A DNA stretch of 64,000 nt, taken from NCBI RefSeq assembly GCF_009914755.1, contig NC_060946.1; one strand, written 5' to 3'. Numbering within the stretch: the stretch's first letter is position 1; each line of letters begins with the position of its first letter. Below are positions 44,189 through 64,000 of this stretch, piece by piece. The notes beneath the pieces are model-generated. The model worked only from the letters and a program-made list of their open reading frames with translations, ran no database searches and had not been told where the DNA came from. This DNA comes from the human T2T-CHM13v2.0 reference genome, Homo sapiens. The position numbers and the translations under genes are program-made.

Positions 44189-46859
44189 AATTTACCACTC
44201 TTTTCAACATGGGTTGTTTTAATGCTGGCTTTCAAAGCTCTGCTTTTCTGTCTGATCACTTCCTTGTCTCTTTGGGAGGGTTTTCTTAGTTAGCCCTACC
44301 ACCAGTGGACAATACACAGTTAGCAGAGCAGCCTACACTACCGAGAATGTCGTGGTCAGACAGCACCATGTGTGACCCAAATCTCCCTCTGCTTCTGAGC
44401 AAAGGAAGCTGCCTACATTGTTGTGCCTCCGGCCAGCCCAGGATAACCTTGCTCTGGGAACAGCTGTATCCATCAGATGTGTGCCATTTACTTCCTTTTA
44501 GTCGACTAAGGTGTTTCTTTGCTTTTCACCTCCCGTCTGACTCTAGCAGGGGATCTTAACCTGACATCTATGGTGCTTCAAAAGTGATTCACAATTTCCT
44601 GGGGATGATCCATAGCTTTGATCAGCTTCTCAAAGTTATCTGTGATTGAAAACAAGTTCAGGATCACTGGTATGTAGGGTCCAGAACAAAGACTGTAAGC
44701 ACTTTTGGTTATACATTTGTGCTGCTTATGCCCAAGATCCTGGTAATGAGACTTATGGTTCAGCAATGCATTGAATTTAATTATTATTAGTACAGGTGCA
44801 AAGGCAGCCTCTTGAGCTACTGGGACAGGGAAAAATGATTGTTGAACTATATACCCTGTCCCTGGTTCTACATACATTGGAATCTCAACCATGGCACTGT
44901 TGACGCAGCTGAGCCAACATATATTTTCCTGTATTGTATGGGCCACACTGTTTACCTTCTGCCCTCTACATACCTTTGCTAATGCTCTAGGGCCCTTGTA
45001 GTTGTCTCAAAGTCACCAGGCCTTTAGTCTATGTTTTCTTTATCCCTATACCTTTCTCTATCTTGTATCAACTGACCATTCCCTCCTAGTTGCTATTGAC
45101 TTATTTTGTTTGTTATAAAAGTGTTAAAAGCTTATTCTTAAAAAAAAAAACTTCTCCAACACCACAAATATATGTGGTTTAAATAGTTAAAATTCCCCAT
45201 TTTACCTATTTTCCCTGAAACCCTCCCCACCAAGTCCCAAGTCCCAGAGACAACCAATTTGGGTATTTGCCACTTCACATTTTGCTATCTGTTGTATTTT
45301 ATTGTTCAAGTTACACATGCTTATTAAATAGTTCTTTTATATTTTATTTTCCAAGTTATACATGTTAATTTATTTTTTGCATAAATTAGAAAATTAGTCC
45401 CACCCCATTTTTTATTACCTTCCCCTAGGTTTTCTATTCATAGGAATAGTTGGTTGGGTTGGGAAGAGTGTTTAGGAAGAGAGACAAGTATTTGGTTTTT
45501 GTTTTTCCATAGTTGCTTATCTTCTTGTTCCAAAATATCTCTTGGTAGTAGGCTGTTGGTTTATTCTATTGCTCTGTTGCTTCCTATCAAGCAAGTCTTC
45601 TCAGAAGAGCTCATGTTTTTAAGTCTGACTTTAAGGTAAATTTTAAGTTTCCAGTGAGGCCTAATTTATGTGAAAAATTTTTCTTTCTTGTGGATTAGCA
45701 CCCACTTCTACTCACAGGCTTCTAGAAATGTACCCATAAACATCCATTAAGAGAGCAGTGAGAGCCAGGAGGGACCACCTTTCTCCTTAGCCCTGATCAG
45801 CCATCACATCAAACCCTCTCGTTTGATTTGATGGAATGCAGGAGACCTGAACTATTTAATACCAGTTTATACTTTGGAAAAGGGAGGCTGAAATTGTTGA
45901 TTATCACATCAAAGAGCCCAGGCCTTTTGTTTTAGCACTGCAGCAAAGTCAAGGATGAATTTGCTTGTTCTTTATTAAGCTATTCTGATGCTTTTCAATA
46001 TGGTTTTGACATTGATAATAAACAGTTTTCTAAGGGCTTTACCAAATAAATACATCAAAGCTGAACACCGAATAGAGGGAGGAAAATGACAATGAAATAC
46101 TGTTTAAAGAAGGGCTTTGTACAAGTTCTCCTACTTTGATTTCTCAACTGACACCCGACACCATGTTTGTCTTGTGTGACTTTTTCAGACCCATCACATT
46201 AGAGATGTCTGAGAGTTGGTGAGTGATGGGAATGCACTTTTCTGGGCTCAAAGTAACTGGCTTAGAAGGGAAGGCAGAGACTGGGGAAGAGCAGAGTTGG
46301 TGCTGGCACCTGCCTTTGGGCACAAGAAACAAAAGGACGCTTTGTACTTTGGGAAAGCTTATCTTCTACGCCACATGACAGGCTTAGCCCACTCTGGCCT
46401 GATAGGGGTTGCTCCCAGCTCCTGCTGCAGGATCTTTATGCCCATTTCCGGCCTAACCGGAGTGTCAGCTTTCCAGTGTTCTGAGTCTAAATAAAAGGGG
46501 CTTGGAAAGCGGTGAAGAGAGGCGAGCCTTTTCTGTGTGTCCAGTAGCCCCTGCCATTTTATTTATCTGCTTCAGTAGTGTTGCTTGTTATTGTTATGCC
46601 ACCTATGAGTTGAAAAGACCTTAAAGCATGTATTTATTCCAGGCCATTCTCATTTAGAAATGTGAAATAGAGCTTTAAAAAATATTATCTCCATATCAGA
46701 AGTTGATACCTCATGACAGGATCACAAGTTCTAGCTGAGACTCTGACGCAGTTTTCTTCAGTATTCTCTGAGGAGTCAGCATTTTGAGGAAGGAATAGCA
46801 CCCATTTCTAGCAAATGTGAGCCTCGTCCTGGTGAAAGTTTGTCAGTGGAGTCTGTATT

Positions 46860-46918
46860 TTATTTTTATTTTATTTTTTTATTTTTGAGACGGAGTTTCG
46901 CTCTTGTTACGCCTGGCC
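46860..46918 (-). mobile_element. Internally deleted mini-Alu
   Basis: Tail + 3' ~24 nt joined to 5' ~10 nt; TSD CAGTGGAGTCTKTATT at 46844 and 46919. Confidence 0.8.
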
Positions 46919-46939
46919 CAGTGGAGTCTTTATTAAGTG

Positions 46940-47800
<861 letters not shown>

Positions 47801-48126
47801 TCCATGCTCACATTCAAGGTGCCAGTGCTATTTGGCATGATGTGTGCAGTGGCCATTTGTCCTAGTTATGCTATAGTGAATTTGCCCAAACATATATTAC
47901 CTTTACTCACTTCCCCCCAAACTCTGAAGTATATGTCAGAATAGATATGTTTGTTCTTGTAATATTACCATTTTTTCCCTTTTGATGAGAGATGGCACTG
48001 AGATACAGACCAACTATTAGAAATAATACAGAAGCTAAAGCATTTCCTTTTCTGTAAAACTGAAAAGCAATGAACCAGTTGAATTAAAACATCAGAAGTC
48101 ATCAATTGTGTCCTTTTCCCCAACAG

Positions 48127-48218
48127 AAATCCAGATGGAGACGTGAGCCCCTGGTGCTATGTGGCAGAGCACGAGGATGGTGTCTACTGGAAGTACTGTG
48201 AGATACCTGCTTGCCAGA
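48127..48218 (+). CDS. KREMEN1: KREMEN1 exon 3 (kringle C-terminal part NPDGDVSPWCYV...WKYCEIPACQ)
   Basis: Acceptor CAACAG|, donor AGA|GTAAGA; kringle RNPD..PWCY motif; gene continues beyond window. Confidence 0.97.
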
Positions 48219-48774
48219 GTAAGACTGTAATACCCAATGTGATGGTTTACAGGACTGTGAACACTAAGAGTGCGTAGAGGGAGGCCCCTGCCAGAGGTCA
48301 GGTAGTTAGGCTGGTGGATTTCATGGAGCATGTGAAAGGAGAAGCCATCCTGGGCAAGGATTTTCACTTCTCTTGTTGAGGCTTTTCAGGAATAGGAATG
48401 CTGATTTCCTTAGCACCTCATTCTAAAGGTATTCCCTTGATGGGTAAGCCCCATGAGAATTCCTACTTTTGGTTAATTTCTGATTCTTTCAGGTATAGAG
48501 AGGGCAACCGCTCAGAAGCAGCCTAGGGGAAAAAAATATCTTGTACTTTTTGGAATGAACATCTTTATACATAGTGAAACTCAGTTATGGCACTACTTAT
48601 TACTTGGATTTGAATGGGTCCCCAGAAGTAATATTTGATAAATGCCTTGCTAAATACCATACAAAGCTCATGTGGTAGTTCTTTTACCCACATTAGCCTA
48701 ACATGTTCTACTGTTTATAATAATAACTCACAACCCAATTTCTTCAGCCTTTTACTAAAATGCCTGTTTTCTAA

Positions 48775-49112
<338 letters not shown>

Positions 49113-49206
49113 CCTGTATTCACTGTTTATTATATGCAAACTACAAAGACAATAGGATACCCTGACCCTCAGGAGTGTATGGTATAGGATGAATCTTAAA
49201 AAGATA

Positions 49207-51156
<1,950 letters not shown>

Positions 51157-53019
51157 TACTTTTAAACAAGGTAAAGAAAATACTGTGTGTAGAAAGGTCT
51201 TGCAGAAGGTTTGAACCACAGAAACTAAAGCAAGATCTGCTTCTATAAGGAGTCTATTAATGTAGTATATATAATGTATTTTAAAATATGCCAGAAGAGC
51301 TCAGTGCCTAGAGCTGAGGAAAAAGACAGTGAATTCGTAACATCCTATCTGGGTTATTTTTTTCTTATTATTTAAACCTGCTCTTTGCATTGCCCTCTTT
51401 CTCACCTCTCAGGTCAGGAGTCTTGTGTATGGGATCTGGCAACCCTTTCACTGATACCTGGAATAGCATCTGAATGCTGAGGCCTCCAGGGGGAAAGGCA
51501 GCCCCTGACCAGTGCTGCAGACCTAGTACTCACCTTTTGCTTAGCTTCACTATCCTTCCAACCTGAGTGTGCCTTCATCCAGTCCCCAAACTTAGAAAAC
51601 AGTAAAGACCAGAAGAATGGGCTTTTGCTCAGTCTGCTTAATCAAATTTTTAAAATGAAAAACATCTCATTTGCCTCTAGTTATGTAAAGAAGAAAGAAG
51701 CAGAGGGAGAGGAAAGCAGATTTTCCTCGGTCCATTTGTTCAACACAAAGATAGTCTTTTAGTACCAGCCTGTGTCATTCTCTTGGGAGTGGTAAAGAGG
51801 GGGTTTCAATCTGGGCACTTTTATTTGGAAAGATAATCTTTGACTTGCATTTCTAAAATACAGTCTGGGCCAATAGGGACTGATTCATGTGGTCATTGAA
51901 ACCAGGTTCCAGAAGAAAGAATTATAACAAAATGCTATAAACCGCTTAGTATGCCTCTAATTTGTAATATTTACCGGATATGCTTTCCTGTTCCAAAAAA
52001 GGAAAATTAAATATTATTTCAGTTTTTCTGTGGCCCCTTGATAACCCTCTAAAATCTCTAAAGCTAGCCTTGAGATGGTCTGGGCAGAGAGATTTGTAGA
52101 AGTTGGGAATGAGAGCTCTATAGTACCTGGTTTCTGGGGATAGAGGGTGGGTGGTGTCTGGCTTTGGTTCTTTGGAAAACCCTTCAGTTTACCCTGTGGG
52201 GACCAGGGCTCCCCATCAAGCCGGACCTCAGACATTGAGTCTGGCAGCATATTGTACTTCTAGTGTGTCTGATTAACATAGTTGAGCAAAACCTGTTTTA
52301 CAGTTTGTAGCAAGAGATGTTTGTAATTGCCTGGTGGATTTAACAGAGATACAGCCATCCTATTTTAGGCCACTTTTGCCCTATTTCTGGATGTGGAGTC
52401 ACAATTTTCATGAATAATACTAAACCTCTGCATGAAGCCTGCTATTCATGATTAGTATTGAACTTGTCATACAGAAAAAGTCCTGTGACATGATCAGATT
52501 CCTGGAAAGTTCATATCTGAATATAACAGACCCAGCAGGAGCCAGGGGGAATGAATGTTTAGGGACAAAGCAGAATCTGGCTGAATGGTGGGCCATTGTG
52601 TGGAAACCAGATCTCTGCCCCTTGGTGTGTTATGTGTAGAGCTACAACAAGCAGGAGGCAGACCTGAAGTACAACTCAAATGGGAGCAGAGGGAAATCTG
52701 AACTGCTCTTGACCTGCAGAGCATGGATCAGAACTTACTGTTAAAAGAACAACTCGGAGGTAATTGGATTTGCCCCTGAAACTGCTTTTGCCAGAATGTT
52801 TCTCAGAAACCCTAAGTTCTTATTGCAGCCAGGAGAAATGCAGACTTCAAAAGCAAATTCCAACGTCTTCGGGTTTAACATGTCTCTAGATCCCACGCTT
52901 TAGATCTCTAAGGCCTGTTGGTTTGACTATTGAGAGCTATTTTTTGTTTGCTGAAAAACATTCCCCCAATTTCTACAAACCCAGCTATAAAAATTCATCT
53001 TTGAAATAGGGACATTTGA

Positions 53020-54196
<1,177 letters not shown>

Positions 54197-54481
54197 TTAG
54201 AAGTTATTAGTTGTGTCAAATGACATTTCTTAAGCTCTGACCATCTGTCAGACCTTGTACAAAACGGGGGACACAAGGATAGTATGTTCTGCAGCCTGTG
54301 GGGAATCCTCAGTCTGGGACAGAAGACAGACAAATGAACAGATAAGCATATGCGAGATACTCTATAATAAGTGAGGTGAGCAAAAGGTTCGGAGCACCCA
54401 GGAGGGCCATCTGTCTGGCATGGTAGGGAGGCAGGGGCTACTGTCTGTTGAAGAGGGCTTCTGGAAAGAGTGGGGTCTTGT

Positions 54482-54630
54482 TTAGGGCTTCTCTACTTTA
54501 AAGTACATCCAGTCACCTGGGATCTTATTAAAATACAGATTCTTATCAGTAGGTCTAGAACAGACCCGTTACATTTTTAACAAGGTTCTGGGATGCCAGA
54601 GCTGCAGGACTACACTTTAAGTAGCAAGGT
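54482..54630. mobile_element. MER5-type hAT element
   Basis: TCACCTGGGATCTTATTAAAATACAGATTCTTATCAGTAGGTCT...CACTTTAAGTAGCAAGG. Confidence 0.7.
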
Positions 54631-54699
54631 TCTAGATGTTAGGGCTGGGTGGGTTGGGGTAGTAAGGGCATTGGAGGCAAAGGGAACAGTTTGTGCCCC

Positions 54700-54733
54700 T
54701 GCATGTGCATGAGCGTGCGTGTGCGCACACACA

Positions 54734-54780
<47 letters not shown>
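54700..54780. repeat. (CA)n with GC/GT-alternating lead-in
   Basis: Direct read; ~80 bp near-continuous purine/pyrimidine alternation. Confidence 0.95.
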
Positions 54781-54784
<4 letters not shown>

Positions 54785-55486
54785 ATGAATTCCAAGCAAG
54801 TTGGTGTTGCTGAAACATAAATTTTAAGAAGAAAGGGGCAGGAGATGAGGTCTGAGAAGTACACAGGGCTAGATGATGTCAGGTCTTATGGTCTGGGTAT
54901 GAAGCCTGGACCTGATCCAGGAAGATGATGATGAAGCTGAGGTGAGGGCTGAGTGTCTGAAGGAGGCATTTCTCCATAGTTCGTTGAGCCTCTGTATTAG
55001 GGATTTGGGTCAAGATTTCCCACTTTTAACCTATGAGAAGTTCTCTAGTGATTGTATCATTCACACACATCAGCCCTAAGAGGATGCCAGCAGTTGCACT
55101 TCTGCAATACGTGTGGAACCTTAGGTCCATCTCAGCTGGTGACCTCACCAGCTCAGGTTTCTTTTAACTAAATAATACCTGGACTTGTTAAAAATAGATT
55201 TAAAATAGATTTCAGATGTTAGTATTTGCCTTACAAAAGTCAGCCCAAAAAATAGGATGTGAAAGGTTCCCATTATCCCTGATAAGGGTTTTTAAAACTG
55301 TGTTTAGAGTATGTGTAAAAAGCCAAGGGCACTGTGGCAGTGGTGGTCAAGGCAGTTTCTCAATTATAGAAAATGTTTTGTTTCTGTCAGCACTTTCTGT
55401 GTTTTAATGTCAGCACTGCTTTCTAGTATGTTTCAGCTATTGCTGAGTACCTACTATGTACAAAAAGCACTTATATTCACATTATC

Positions 55487-58375
<2,889 letters not shown>

Positions 58376-59307
58376 TGAGGTTTTATGTACTCAATTATTT
58401 TTTGGTTTTTGCCAGTGGGTATTATTTAATTTTCCATTAAAAAAATACAGACTTTCTGAACCAAATGGATATCAGTTCAGTCACAGATACAAATGTTCTA
58501 AAGCACAGTTGTGTAAAGCACACTAGGGACTTAAAAAGGAAAACTCATTCAAATTGATAGGGATGACTTTACTGAAAATCTTTATACCAGCACTTGCCTA
58601 TAAGGAAGAAATAGCCCCTCAATCTTATGATGTAATTGGGAATCTGAGTTATAAACCTAAGAGAAAATTGCAGACCAGCACACCAATCATATAAATAAGT
58701 GTTGAATTATGAGGTAGAGTGTTGTGAGTTTCTGAAGACAAGAGGACTCAGTAAAGATTGTGGAAATTGGAAGAAAGGTGGCTGGTGGCTGAATGGGTCA
58801 GGGAACAGCAGGACAGAGGCTTGGAGGAAGCACAGAATTGATGAGTGTGTGGGTTGGGATCCAGGCTTCCTGAGTAGAGGAGTGGACAAAAAGGAACCAG
58901 GTCAGACCTGGAAAGCAAGAGTTAATTAGATGGGACTGATATGCTGAAAGCCCTAGTTTAGGAAGAGAAGCAAGTCCAGTGTCATTTACAGGACGGATCA
59001 AAGGAAGAAAGTTTGGGGAAGAGAGGATGCGTGTAGATTTCTAAACTCAAGGGATAAGGGCCTGGGCTATCATGGCAGCAGTGAGACAAGACAGGAAGGA
59101 TTAAGTCCAAGATGCACTTAGGAAGAAGACAGAACTTGTTGACAAGTGGAATATGTAAGGGATAAAACAGCAGGAAGAGGTTCCTTGCCTGGGATATTTG
59201 TGGTGTCCCTGAAAAAAAAAGTCCAAGTCAACAAACGAGCTTTTCTTCCCAGGGACACAGCAGTTATCATTCCTCTTGAACTTGGACTGACCTTTTACCA
59301 AGTAATG

Positions 59308-59752
59308 TGTACTAGTTGTTTATTGCTGTGTAATGAGCCATCCCCAGCCGCAGTGACTTAAGCGCCAACAGTTTATCATTTCTCCCAGTTCTCTGGGTCG
59401 ACTGAGTTTCAGCTGAGTGGTTCTTCTGCTGCTGTCACCTGGGCTTAGTGAGGTGCCTGCATTCAACTGGGAGCTCTGCTGGCATTCAAGGTGGCTTCAG
59501 ACCTCTATCCAGTGACTTCTCTCAACAGCAGGGTATTCAGACTTCTTATACGGTGGCTGGCTTCCAAGAGAGAAGCAGCAGAAGCTGCCATTCCTCTTAA
59601 GGCATGAACTCAGAAGAAGTCCACCACATTCTATGGATCAAAGCAAGTGGCAAGGCCCGATTTAAGAAGTGGGGAAATCTATTAAAGTGGGAGCAACACA
59701 CATGTACAGGGAGGGGAGAAATTACTAGAGCCTCTTTTGACTCTTTATCACA
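59308..59752. mobile_element. MLT1-family MaLR LTR
   Basis: TGTACTAGTTGTTTATTGCTGTGTAA...CACATTCTATGGATCAAAGCAAGT pattern. Confidence 0.7.
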
Positions 59753-60323
59753 TTAACTCACCAGAAACTAAGTTTCAGAGAAGGAACTCCCACCAGGAGG
59801 GAACTACTGCTGTGATAGATCCTGGCCTTATGGGATCAGGATTTTTAGGAACTCTTACTACCTCCCCCTAAGGGCAGAATTCCACAGAGGAAGAAAAAGC
59901 TGTGCTTACTTATTTATTTGGGGGTGTTGCTGTAAGACTCGGGGGCACAATTAAGACTGTTGGAAGAATCAGAGTGACTGAAAAGGAAGTTTATGTTTAG
60001 AAATAAAGTTACAGAGGTAGTGTGGGGCCATATCATGAGAAGGGGTTGGACCAAGATGGCAGCTGTCAGATTTGGAACGGAAGTTGCAGATGAACAGCAC
60101 AGGGTGCAGTGAGCTTACGGTCACGGGTCTGAGGGTGTGGATGAATCCACACTTAACCTGTTGATGCTCTGAAAGAAGTAGGATACCAGCTGCAGCGTCT
60201 CAGATGTACATAGTTTTTCTTTCCATGGAGGGGAGAAATCAGCTACTGAGGCACCAGTGTGGGGTCCTTGAGGCAGAAGATAGTATTGACACAGAGTTAA
60301 ATGACATTTAAAATCAGCAGAGA

Positions 60324-61018
<695 letters not shown>

Positions 61019-61189
61019 TTAGCATCTGGTTTCTTAAAGCAAATATCCCAGATCTGGTGAGAGCAGTGGAATAGAAAACATAATAATAGTCAGGGCTGCT
61101 TCTTAGTGAATTACCAGCTGAAGATTTAGATTCAAACTGAGCCTTTACTATGATGGCCGTGCCTTCTGTCTTCGATAATGATTTGGTTA

Positions 61190-61710
61190 CCAGGACTAGA
61201 ACTCATTCAAGCTAACTTGAGCAAAAGAAATCAATTTGAAGACCATTGGGATGTATCACAGAACCCAAACCCTGTATCCCAAGAAACTAGAAAGAAAGCA
61301 GGGACTTTCACTATCTGTCTCTGTGGCCACTTCATCTCCCTTCTCTGCCTCTCTCTCAGCTTGTTATCCATCCTTCTTCCTCTTCGTGGACCAGCAGAAT
61401 TGGCTCATTCATCCACTCACGTGGCTCAAACTTGAGTTTGGTTGCCTCAACTCCTACTTGACAAATCCCTACAATTTCAGTGCTTGCATTCACTGAGCGG
61501 ATCCCAATTCCAGCTTCCTAAGAAAGAGAATCTGGTGGCCCCAGTGTGAGGCAGCTGTGGCCAGAGGATGGAGCCCTTTGTCTTGTCCCCAGCCAGCAGT
61601 AGTTATGGGAGCAGATGCTCTGAGAAGGTGCTGTGGGTAATAGGTGGTTCTCAAAGAACAGCTGTCAGCCATGGAGGCCCCCATGGAGGTGTGTGCAGTA
61701 CCTTCACAAT
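61190..61710. mobile_element. Probable old MLT1J/K LTR
   Basis: ACTCATTCAAGCTAACTTGAGCAAAAGAAA...GAGAATCTGGTGGCCC pattern; by eye. Confidence 0.5.
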
Positions 61711-63289
61711 GAAGCCACAGTTATATTCAAATGTAACAATGTTTAGTGGGCCTGCCTGATTGCTTCCCAGTTGTTTCTTATGATAGTAAAAGAACAATAG
61801 TTCCTGGGTTAATGTGAATGGAGGACCTTCTCTCTTTAACTCCTCCAAAATTTTTATCTTCAACATCTGAATATTTGTAATTAATTTTCACAAGTTTTGA
61901 AGCCTCAGCTAAGATAAACAAGGGGTCCATTTGTATGTTAAGATAATTTTTTAAAAATTGAAAGTGATGAAGCCTCTTTGGTAAGAGGAAAAATGCATGA
62001 CCAAGCCACAAGGATTTCAAAGTAAGCTTGAAATGAAAAAGGAATTTGAAGACAAATATCCTTTTTCAAATTGGCTTTTCCTCCCTGCTTCTGGGAAGCG
62101 CTAAGGGTGGGACACGATCTAGAAATCCACTCAGTTGAGTAGTAATGCTTTTGAAGCAACATGACGTGTCTTCTCCGACTAGACTTCGAGCCACACTTTC
62201 CAGGACAAGTCAGAGGGCAGTGGCCCCCTCAGAGGCTGACTGGGACCGCAGAGGCTTCCCTCGTGGTGAACAGAGTGTTGAGGGACTAATGTGTTTGAGA
62301 ATTCAGTCTTGAATCTCAGGTCTCAGGGAGTCACTTTCATTTAGTTGCCCAGACTGGTCCTATAAGAAAAGGGGTCAGAGACATGAAAAACAAAAACAAA
62401 AACCCATGGAATGGGAGTCGGCAATCCTGGAGCTTACCCTGGCTCTCCATTCTGCCTTATGTGTGCCCACACAAGGCCTTTAACCTTGTTAGACTGGTTT
62501 CTTCTTTGTCCAGTAGGAATAATATCATCTGTCCTGCCTCCCTGAAGGGGCTAGAGCTTCCTGTGAGCTGACTTATGTGAAAATGTGCTGTATGCTATAC
62601 AGATGTAAGAGATTAATATTTTAATATCCGGAATCAAACCGTTTTCTGAGGTGGCTGCCTTTGATTTTTGTCTTTTAAATCAGCCTATTTTATTTTTCTG
62701 TTATTCAGCAAGTTGTTCTTGTTTGTGTGGTGAATGATGAAAGCCTTATTGTATATAATGATGACAAACACTATTTATTCAGCACATTCTATTCTGCTAG
62801 GCCTTGTGGTATTTACTTTATTTACATTATCTCATTTTATTTCTCACAAGAACCCTTTGAGGTCCGTATTGATTCTCATTCCGCTGTTGATGAAACTGAG
62901 CTGAGAAGGGCTGTGATGGAGAGGCCAGAATTTACCCTAGGGTTTGTCTCACTGTAAAAGGCCACCTGCTCCTGGACACATGGTGGTGGCACCAGTGCCC
63001 TTCAGAACATTATCAAGTCCTAGGAAGGGAGCAAGCAAAACCCACTCCTGAGCCACAATGTGGATGGCAGAAAGTGAGGAGCATAATGGCCCTCCCTCTT
63101 ATAGAAGCTGCATGTTCTGTTTTTCATACGGTTCTTATAAGCTCCACACTTTTGTTCTAAGCCTAGGAAGCAGCAAATTAAGAAGAGGTTAAGCAAAGAC
63201 TGCAGGCATTGACAGTAATAAGAAGTAGATGCCCACAAAGACCCCTTTCAGTTCTAATGTTCTGAGGTTGCAGCAGCCTTGACAGCAAC

Positions 63290-63983
<694 letters not shown>

Positions 63984-64000
63984 GCAACCAAAAGACAAAT

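Overview
Human (or near-identical hominid) genomic DNA, recognisable as the 22q12.1 ZNRF3 - C22orf31 - KREMEN1 locus. On + are the last two coding exons and ~3.9 kb 3'UTR of ZNRF3 (1-~6760). On - is the complete 3-exon, 290-aa C22orf31 CDS (11070->8018). Two CpG islands follow (~20.5-21.1 kb, ~21.9-23.5 kb), then KREMEN1 exons 1-3 on + (signal peptide and kringle domain; the gene continues past the window). The rest is dense in Alu, MIR, L2, L1, hAT/Tigger and ERV1/MaLR repeats, which explain most of the ORF track. The most interesting unexplained signal is a chain of minus-strand splice sites and decayed protein-like frames from the KREMEN1 promoter down to the ATG-only first exon of C22orf31. 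This suggests C22orf31 is the surviving 3' end of a much longer, partly pseudogenised gene; its lost N-terminal domain is uncertain (PR/SET-like or Gypsy/GIN-integrase-like by eye only). Other items: a MER41B LTR with two intact STAT1 GAS sites, a TCF/LEF motif cluster in KREMEN1 intron 2, an in-frame KREMEN1 uORF, two L1 3' transductions and a Tigger>Y1-RNA>Alu nest. All identifications are by manual reading and recall; repeat boundaries are approximate.
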